Source of the DNA: a virus
Length of the DNA stretch: 10,441 nucleotides
Direction: 5' to 3' (one strand)
UHGV virus genome: UHGV-0077748
The notes beneath the pieces are model-generated. The model did no database searches, was not told the DNA's origin, and saw nothing but the letters and a program-made list of their open reading frames with translations. This document shows, one piece after another, positions 5,306 to 10,441 of this stretch (its first letter is position 1; every line of letters starts with the position of its first letter). A program made the position numbers and the translations under genes.

Positions 5306-6013
5306 ATGGATTTGAATAAATTCGATGAGCCATTCAGCCCTGAAGATATCGAATGGCGAATACAGCAAAGCGGTAAAACACGCGATGGCAAGGTGTGGGC
5401 TATGGTGCTGGCTTATGTCACGAACCGGGCAATCATGAAACGCCTGGACGATGTTTGCGGCAAAGCAGGATGGCGCAATGAATACCGCGATATTCCCAAC
5501 AACGGCGGAGTTGAATGCGGCATATCAATCAAGATTGATTCCGAATGGGTAACCAAATGGGATGCTGCTGAAAACACGCAGGTAGAAGCCGTCAAAGGTG
5601 GTCGTTCCGGTGCAATGAAGCGCGCTGCCGTTCAGTGGGGAATCGGTCGGTATCTGTATAACCTTGAGGAAGGTTTCGCACAAACATCTCTCGATAAAAA
5701 GCAGGGATGGCACAGGGCAAAACTGAAAGATGGAACAGGATTTTACTGGCTCCCTCCATCGCTTCCGGGATGGGCAATCCCAGCATCAGATAACAAACCA
5801 TCACCAGAAAATACCAACCAGAAATCTCCATCGGTTGACTGCGAACAAATCCTGAAAGACTTCAGCGATTATGCGTCAACAGAAACTGACAAGAAAAAAC
5901 TCATCGAGCGTTATCAGCGTGACTGGCAATTAATGGCTGGCAACGAGGAGGCGCAGGCTAAATGCGTTCAGGTAATGAACATCAGAGTTAACGAACTAAA
6001 ACAGGCGGCATAA
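5306..6013 (+). CDS. Single-strand annealing protein, Rad52/Sak-type recombinase (tentative family assignment)
   Basis: 235 aa; GAGGTG SD. Motif ..EAVKGGRSGAMKRAAVQWGIGRYLY.. resembles the conserved Rad52-family core as recalled ([21 protein letters not shown]). Adjacent to an SSB gene as is common for phage SSAPs. Confidence 0.65.
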   Translation: MDLNKFDEPFSPEDIEWRIQQSGKTRDGKVWAMVLAYVTNRAIMKRLDDVCGKAGWRNEYRDIPNNGGVECGISIKIDSEWVTKWDAAENTQVEAVKGGRSGAMKRAAVQWGIGRYLYNLEEGFAQTSLDKKQGWHRAKLKDGTGFYWLPPSLPGWAIPASDNKPSPENTNQKSPSVDCEQILKDFSDYASTETDKKKLIERYQRDWQLMAGNEEAQAKCVQVMNIRVNELKQAA

Positions 6014-6487
6014 ATGGGAAGTAGAGGCGTAAATAAGGTGATCATTATTGGTCGCCTTGGGCATGATCCAGAAATCAGATATTCACCATCAGGAACGGCA
6101 TTTGCAAACCTTACAGTTGCTACGTCAGAACAATGGCGTGATAAGCAAACTGGAGAGCAAAAGGAGCAGACGGAGTGGCACCGTGTGGTAATGAGCGGGA
6201 AACTGGCAGAAATTGCCAGCGAATATCTGCGAAAAGGCTCTGAGGTTTATCTTGAAGGCAAATTACGGACAAGAAAATGGCAGGATCAAAGCGGACAGGA
6301 TAGGTTCACTACCGAAGTCATCGTGGGCGTTGGTGGAACCATGCAAATGCTTGGTGGCAAGCAAGGAGGCAATGAACAGTCTTCACCTCAGCGAAATAAC
6401 GGTCAGCAACAAAGACAGCAATCTCAGCAGCAGGGGAATCACAGCGAACCACCTATGGATTTTGACGATTCGGATATTCCGTTCTAG
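6014..6487 (+). CDS. ssb: Single-stranded DNA-binding protein (phage-encoded SSB)
   Basis: 157 aa; N-terminal OB-fold [75 protein letters not shown].. closely parallels E. coli SSB as recalled; Gln/Gly-rich linker; acidic C-terminal tip DFDDSDIPF. Confidence 0.95.
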   Translation: MGSRGVNKVIIIGRLGHDPEIRYSPSGTAFANLTVATSEQWRDKQTGEQKEQTEWHRVVMSGKLAEIASEYLRKGSEVYLEGKLRTRKWQDQSGQDRFTTEVIVGVGGTMQMLGGKQGGNEQSSPQRNNGQQQRQQSQQQGNHSEPPMDFDDSDIPF

Positions 6488-6496
6488 GAGCTGAAT

Positions 6497-6976
6497 ATGA
6501 AAATCTGCTCAAGATGCCATCAACAGAAGGAAGAAAGGGACTTTCAAATCAGAAGAGCATCCAGAGATGGATTAACTGCCGCTTGCCGGGCTTGCCTGGC
6601 TGAATACGACAAAGAACGCGCTGGATTGCCACATCGAGTATCAGCAAGGAGAGAATATCAATCATCGGAACGCGGAAGAGAACGGTGTAACGCAGCCAAA
6701 AAGCGGTTCATTCAGAGCAACCCATGGAAAAGAAAAGCCCACATCATTGTGGGTAATTTTTTGCGCGACGGTAAGCTAATCCGACCACCACAATGTGAGT
6801 GCTGCGGATCAGAATGTAAACCACAGGCGCACCACTGCGACTACAGCAAACCAACCGATGTGATGTGGCTCTGCAAGTCATGTCATGTCGAGTGGCACAA
6901 ACATAACAAACCTATCTACCCAGACGAGGAACCAGTAACTCTCCCCTTCCCTCGTCACGCTATTCACGCAATTTAA
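6497..6976 (+). CDS. HNH-family endonuclease-like protein with N-terminal CxxC..CxxC zinc ribbon
   Basis: 159 aa; AGGAG SD. N-terminal CSRCHQQ..AACRAC; C-terminal CECCGSEC..AHHCDYSKPTDVMWLCKSCHVEWH, fitting the HNH (His-Me finger) pattern HH..N/D..CxxCH..H. Confidence 0.6.
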   Translation: MKICSRCHQQKEERDFQIRRASRDGLTAACRACLAEYDKERAGLPHRVSARREYQSSERGRERCNAAKKRFIQSNPWKRKAHIIVGNFLRDGKLIRPPQCECCGSECKPQAHHCDYSKPTDVMWLCKSCHVEWHKHNKPIYPDEEPVTLPFPRHAIHAI

Positions 6977-6989
6977 TCAGGAGAAAATC

Positions 6990-7286
6990 ATGCCAGCGCC
7001 TCTGTATGGTGCGGATGACGCGCGCCGCTGTTCCGGCAATTCCGTATCGGAGGTGCTGGATAAATTCAGAAAAAACTACGACCTGATAATGTCGCTACCG
7101 CAGGAAACGAAAGAGGAAAAGGAATTTCGCCACTGTATATGGCTTGCAGAGAAAGAAGAACGCGAGCGAATTTACCAGACATCAATCCGACCATTCCGCA
7201 AAGCCACATATACCCACTTCCCTGAATATATCGACCCGCGCCTGCGTAATTACCGCTCACGCTATGGCGCTATCAGTAATGACTGA
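6990..7286 (+). CDS. Hypothetical protein (98 aa)
   Basis: AGGAGA SD 7 nt upstream of ATG 6990; no family recognised. Confidence 0.6.
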   Translation: MPAPLYGADDARRCSGNSVSEVLDKFRKNYDLIMSLPQETKEEKEFRHCIWLAEKEERERIYQTSIRPFRKATYTHFPEYIDPRLRNYRSRYGAISND

Positions 7287-7296
7287 GGAATTTACC

Positions 7297-7461
7297 ATGA
7301 GAGGACTTGCATACAATCCCGGCATTCTTCCGGCAGAAATGATTATTCGCCAACGCGTAAAGCCAATGCCATCGAGAGAGGAATTGCTTAAGAGAAATAG
7401 TTTCGGTTCTGTTAACGACAACAGATATCTGAATGCGATGTGGCGGAGTGGGAAGAAATGA
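7297..7461 (+). CDS. Hypothetical small protein (54 aa)
   Basis: ATG 7297 preceded by GAGGAA; [54 protein letters not shown]. The track's 7144 start overlaps the upstream gene. Confidence 0.45.
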   Translation: MRGLAYNPGILPAEMIIRQRVKPMPSREELLKRNSFGSVNDNRYLNAMWRSGKK

Positions 7462-7856
7462 AACAAATGTCACTAATTGAGATGGATGGATTTCTGAAAG
7501 GTAAATGCATCCCAAGTGATTTAAAGGTTAACGAAACAAACGCTGAATATCTGGTGCGTAAATTTGCTGAAGCGGAGGCCAAGTGCGCGGCGCTGGCTGC
7601 TGAAGTTGAGGCTGTGAAATCAGCACATCAAGATGCTGTAAACACCATCATGTATACCGCCAATCGAACGGGTGTTTTATACACAGAGAAGGCAATTCAA
7701 ATGTCCTGCAAAACCCCGGCCACCGACGCCTTCCTGGCTGAAGTGCGGGCGCAGGGGGTAGAGATGATGCGCGAACATCCATCAATCAAACTTTGCTCTT
7801 TGACGCACATATGTGACGAGTTAGCCGCCCAGCTTCGCAAAGGAGGCAACCAGTGA
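7458..7856 (+). CDS. Hypothetical protein (132 aa)
   Basis: ATG 7458 overlaps the upstream stop (ATGA); [53 protein letters not shown]..; no family recognised. Confidence 0.6.
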   Translation: MKQMSLIEMDGFLKGKCIPSDLKVNETNAEYLVRKFAEAEAKCAALAAEVEAVKSAHQDAVNTIMYTANRTGVLYTEKAIQMSCKTPATDAFLAEVRAQGVEMMREHPSIKLCSLTHICDELAAQLRKGGNQ

Positions 7857-8473
7857 GCAAGATTGATTATCAAAAGCTTCGTGAAATCGCTGAAAAAACA
7901 AAAATTGCCGGTGAAGCACCTGTAATGCCTTTCGATCAGCGAATTAATGCGCTTAACGATTTTATGAAGCACTTTTCGCCAGATATCGCGCTGGCATTGT
8001 TGGATGAACGGGAAAGAAACCAGCAATACATCAAACGCCGCGACCAGGAGAACGAGGATATTGCGCTTACGGTTGGGAGGCTGCGCGTTGAGCTGGAAGG
8101 CAAAGACAGCAAAATAGCCAATCTTACCGCCGAACGCGATGCTCTTCGTGAAGGTGAGATGGGCGACGCTAGGCATAGCAACACACGGGCCGCAGCTGAT
8201 ATCTACTTCCAACTGGTCGAGGAATGCGAAATTCCTGCTGGCGGATCTCTGGTCGAGTACGTTGACGATATGCGCGAGAAGCTGGAAGCCGCAGAGAAGC
8301 GCATTGCAGAACTGTCTGCTAGCCACAGCAAATTGCGCGACACAATGGCTGGCATCCACAACACAATCCGAATGGATGGCGGCTATACGCCACTGGCAGC
8401 AATCCTTAACGCTGCTAAACGCGCATATGAAGAATCAGCAAGCGCAGCTGGCATTCGCATCAAAGGAGAGTGA
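7853..8473 (+). CDS. Hypothetical protein, possibly Ead/Ea22-like family (206 aa, coiled-coil segments)
   Basis: GTG 7853 with AAAGGAGG SD, overlapping the upstream stop; [58 protein letters not shown]..; N-terminus resembles Ead/Ea22-like prophage proteins as recalled. Confidence 0.6.
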   Translation: MSKIDYQKLREIAEKTKIAGEAPVMPFDQRINALNDFMKHFSPDIALALLDERERNQQYIKRRDQENEDIALTVGRLRVELEGKDSKIANLTAERDALREGEMGDARHSNTRAAADIYFQLVEECEIPAGGSLVEYVDDMREKLEAAEKRIAELSASHSKLRDTMAGIHNTIRMDGGYTPLAAILNAAKRAYEESASAAGIRIKGE

Positions 8474-8474
8474 T

Positions 8475-8684
8475 ATGGCTATTGCCGCAAGTTACACCAT
8501 GCATCTCTATTGTGACTGCCGCCAGTGTACGGAAGGTGTATATCCAGTGCCAGACTTCGGTGAGTATATCGGTACGTCATGGTCTGGTTGTGCAAAAGAG
8601 GCGCGCAAGGATGGCTGGCGAATAAGCAAAGACAAAACGCGTGCTTTTGCGCCCGGGCATAAAGTTTTGAGGGTTAACAAATGA
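8475..8684 (+). CDS. Hypothetical small cysteine-containing protein (69 aa; CxC..C..C)
   Basis: ATG 8475 with AAGGAGAG SD; MAIAASYTMHLYCDCRQCTEGVYPVPDFGEYIGTSWSGCAKEARKDGWRISKDKTRAFAPGHKVLRVNK. The longer track ORF from 8139 overlaps the previous gene out of frame. Confidence 0.5.
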   Translation: MAIAASYTMHLYCDCRQCTEGVYPVPDFGEYIGTSWSGCAKEARKDGWRISKDKTRAFAPGHKVLRVNK

Positions 8685-9601
8685 CCACTATTACCAGAGA
8701 ACAAGCTCTGAAAATTATTGAGGCAGCCGATGAGGTTATTAGTGCGCTTGCCGGAACTAACGAGGATGTTCACCCTGGTAGCGATAACATGCTACGCCTG
8801 TGGGATGACCTGAATGACCGTTACGCGCCCCCGGAAGTAGTGCGTGAGCTGGCACGAATTGTGCTGGCATCGCTGGAAGCGGAGCCTGTTCTGTATCAGT
8901 CCTGCACACGCCCCACCTGGAATAGCGGTGTTCCGTGGACGGAATGGAAAGAACGAAGTCGTGAGTGCTACGAAGACGATTTGCGCTTTACAGACACGCC
9001 TGACCATGCCGGTTGGATATACAAATGTCGAAAACTATATACCACTCCGCCAGCGCCGATAGCGTTAGAGGCCATTGAAAACGCAATTGAATACATCCGC
9101 AGTATCGCTTTTCACATCGATGAAGACGATTACCACGGCAAACATATTGCGTATTTCATGCAGCAAGCATTGGCCTGGCTGGAAGGGCATTCATGCAGCG
9201 ACGACAGACTGGGTAAAGCCGAGAATCAACCAGTACGCGGCAACCAGGCTGCCGAATCCAATCGCGGTAATGAGTGGACTGGCAATCCTGATATTGATAA
9301 CGCCATCATCATGCTCGACCGCATAGATACGGCGGAAAGTTGCGATGATGACCGTATTGAGGCCGTTAAGGCTGTGTTGCGTAGACTGGCTGGCAACTAT
9401 CCGGTAACTCCAGATGGTTGGATAAGCTGTAGTGAGCGAATGCCGAACGACGCGCAGTGGTGCGTAGTGAACACAGAATACGGGTATTACGTGCAATGCT
9501 GGTCTGAAGGTCAAGGGTGGCTTGGTGATGATATCAGCATCCCTGAATGCGATGTAATCAATTGGATGCCGCTACCGGAACCGCCGCAGGAGGCGAAATG
9601 A
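8681..9601 (+). CDS. DUF551-domain prophage protein (306 aa)
   Basis: ATG 8681 overlaps the upstream stop (ATGA). C-terminal ..PDGWISCSERMPNDAQWCVVNTEYGYYVQCWSEGQGWLGDDISIPECDVINWMPLPEPP matches the DUF551 signature as recalled (W..MPLPEPP ending). Confidence 0.7.
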   Translation: MTTITREQALKIIEAADEVISALAGTNEDVHPGSDNMLRLWDDLNDRYAPPEVVRELARIVLASLEAEPVLYQSCTRPTWNSGVPWTEWKERSRECYEDDLRFTDTPDHAGWIYKCRKLYTTPPAPIALEAIENAIEYIRSIAFHIDEDDYHGKHIAYFMQQALAWLEGHSCSDDRLGKAENQPVRGNQAAESNRGNEWTGNPDIDNAIIMLDRIDTAESCDDDRIEAVKAVLRRLAGNYPVTPDGWISCSERMPNDAQWCVVNTEYGYYVQCWSEGQGWLGDDISIPECDVINWMPLPEPPQEAK

Positions 9602-9858
9602 TGGATGTAAAAGAGAAGGTTTTGCAGGTGATGCGTTCCCGGGCTGCCCTGCAAGATAAAGCTCTCGGCGGGGAATATCCATTCAGGATGGCAACCTGGA
9701 ATTTGCGGTTGGCAATGGAGAAGGAATTTCCTGATGAAGAATGGCGTTCGGCAGATTTGCGCAAAATTCTTATGGAGATTGCTAAAGACGGAACAGTATC
9801 TAAAGATAACCATGCCAGCCGGATTGGTCAGGCGGTATGGAGACTGGAGGTGCGGTAA
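9598..9858 (+). CDS. Hypothetical protein (86 aa)
   Basis: ATG 9598 with CAGGAGG SD, overlapping the upstream stop; MMDVKEKVLQVMRSRAALQDKALGGEYPFRMATWNLRLAMEKEFPDEEWRSADLRKILMEIAKDGTVSKDNHASRIGQAVWRLEVR. Confidence 0.6.
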   Translation: MMDVKEKVLQVMRSRAALQDKALGGEYPFRMATWNLRLAMEKEFPDEEWRSADLRKILMEIAKDGTVSKDNHASRIGQAVWRLEVR

Positions 9859-9929
9859 TGGCTAACCTGCAACTTGCCGTCAAAGGTGAATAACAATCCT
9901 CGCACTCGCGGGGATTTCTTTTATCTGAA

Positions 9930-9952
9930 CTCGCTACGGCGAGTTTTGTTTT
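9930..9952 (+). terminator. Terminator-like hairpin with T-run
   Basis: ctcgc-tacg-gcgag followed by TTTTGTTTT. Confidence 0.6.
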
Positions 9953-9965
9953 ATGGCGATGATAA

Positions 9966-10133
9966 ATGCACTTCCGAGTTACAGGTGAATGGAATGGAGA
10001 ACCATTCAACAGAGTTATCGAAGCCGAGAACATCAGCGACTGCTATGACCACTGGATGCTGTGGGCGCAGATAGCACATGCAGACGTAACCAATATTTGT
10101 ATTGAAGAACTGAAAGAACACCAAGCCGCCTGA
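9966..10133 (+). CDS. Hypothetical small protein (55 aa), bracketed by two terminators
   Basis: ATG 9966, stop 10131-10133; MHFRVTGEWNGEPFNRVIEAENISDCYDHWMLWAQIAHADVTNICIEELKEHQAA. Weak SD; below the track cutoff. Confidence 0.35.
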   Translation: MHFRVTGEWNGEPFNRVIEAENISDCYDHWMLWAQIAHADVTNICIEELKEHQAA

Positions 10134-10146
10134 TGGCGGTTTTTTA
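10125..10146 (+). terminator. Intrinsic terminator
   Basis: gccgcc-tgat-ggcggt followed by TTTTTTATT; the stop codon of the small ORF sits in the loop. Confidence 0.65.
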
Positions 10147-10190
10147 TTACCTGATTTGCAGGTTCGATTCCGTATTCGGAGATAGCACTC

Positions 10191-10391
10191 ATGCAACACG
10201 AACTACAACCTGATTCACTGGTTGATTTGAAATTCATCATGGCTGATACTGGCTTCGGTAAGACCTTCATCTATGACCGGATTAAGTCCGGCGACCTGCC
10301 TAAAGCCAAAGTTATCCACGGACGAGCAAGATGGTTATATCGTGACCATTGTGAATTCAAAAATAAGCTCTTAAGCCGCGCCAATGGGTAA
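10191..10391 (+). CDS. xis: Excisionase-like DNA-binding protein (Xis/AlpA-type winged helix), 66 aa
   Basis: GGAGA SD 9 nt upstream of ATG 10191; MQHELQPDSLVDLKFIMADTGFGKTFIYDRIKSGDLPKAKVIHGRARWLYRDHCEFKNKLLSRANG. Last gene of the pL operon, where xis precedes int in lambdoid phages; resembles prophage excisionases as recalled. Confidence 0.6.
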   Translation: MQHELQPDSLVDLKFIMADTGFGKTFIYDRIKSGDLPKAKVIHGRARWLYRDHCEFKNKLLSRANG

Positions 10392-10441
10392 AATAGCGGG
10401 TAAAATATTTTTCAAATCTAAAAAACACCATTCCAATCAAT

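Larger units (their letters stand above)
1..10441. mobile_element. Segment of a lambdoid (P22/lambda/phage-21 mosaic) temperate phage or prophage: ori/immunity region plus pL operon through xis
   Basis: Canonical gene order O - cII - cro - OR - cI/c2 - pL - nut - N - accessory - cIII - kil - recombination - ea genes - xis, with divergent transcription from the immunity region. Inferred from ORF translations and operator/nut motifs read directly. Confidence 0.9.

Noticed and set aside
5413-5831. Minus-strand ORFs of 60-79 aa
   Set aside because: Antisense to the SSAP gene.
6213-6494. 93-aa plus-strand ORF
   Set aside because: Alternative frame inside ssb.
7697-8359. 220-aa minus-strand ORF
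   Set aside because: Entirely antisense to two plus-strand genes that have good SDs and coupled start/stop codons; no SD of its own; most likely a chance open frame.
8139-8684. 181-aa plus-strand ORF
   Set aside because: Its first two-thirds overlap gene 7853-8473 out of frame; only the 3' part from ATG 8475, which has an AAGGAGAG SD, is plausibly coding.
9859-9894. 11-codon ORF (MANLQLAVKGE) right after gene 9598-9858
   Set aside because: Too short and without SD to support as a gene.
9191-10270. Several minus-strand ORFs (9191-9514, 9511-9813, 9558-9764, 9800-10033, 9951-10199, 10043-10270) and plus-strand ORFs 8844-9062, 9075-9326, 9874-10074
   Set aside because: Antisense or out-of-frame relative to coupled plus-strand genes, or spanning terminator hairpins; no SDs and no recognisable products.
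1-10441. Searched by eye for CRISPR repeats, tRNA-like cloverleaf regions, IS-type terminal inverted repeats and Chi (GCTGGTGG) sites
   Set aside because: None found; the direct repeats present are explained by ori iterons, operators and the low-complexity coding repeat in gene C.

Overview
This window reads as the replication-origin/immunity region and the complete early-left (pL) operon of a lambdoid temperate phage or prophage from an enterobacterial host. It lies inverted relative to the conventional lambda map. All protein-family calls below come from reading the translations and recalling known families; no database search was run. Minus strand, right to left: PR/OR, cro, nutR, cII, a small overlapping ORF, and the N-terminal part of an O-type replication initiator that carries ori-like iterons and runs off the window start. 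An oop-like antisense RNA on the plus strand overlaps the cII 3' end. Plus strand: a P22 C2-type repressor (1321-1971), terminator, pL/OL, nutL, a phage-21-type N antiterminator, three uncharacterised genes each followed by a terminator-like hairpin (the first two strongly AT-rich), then cIII, kil, a 62-aa ORF, a Rad52/Sak-type annealing protein, SSB, an HNH-like protein, a translationally coupled run of accessory 'ea-region' genes and an excisionase-like gene at the window end. The most likely place for something undescribed is the moron cluster at 2595-4835, which sits where lambda carries sieB/ral/ea10, together with the unusual leader in front of its third gene. No tRNA, rRNA, CRISPR array or IS element was seen.
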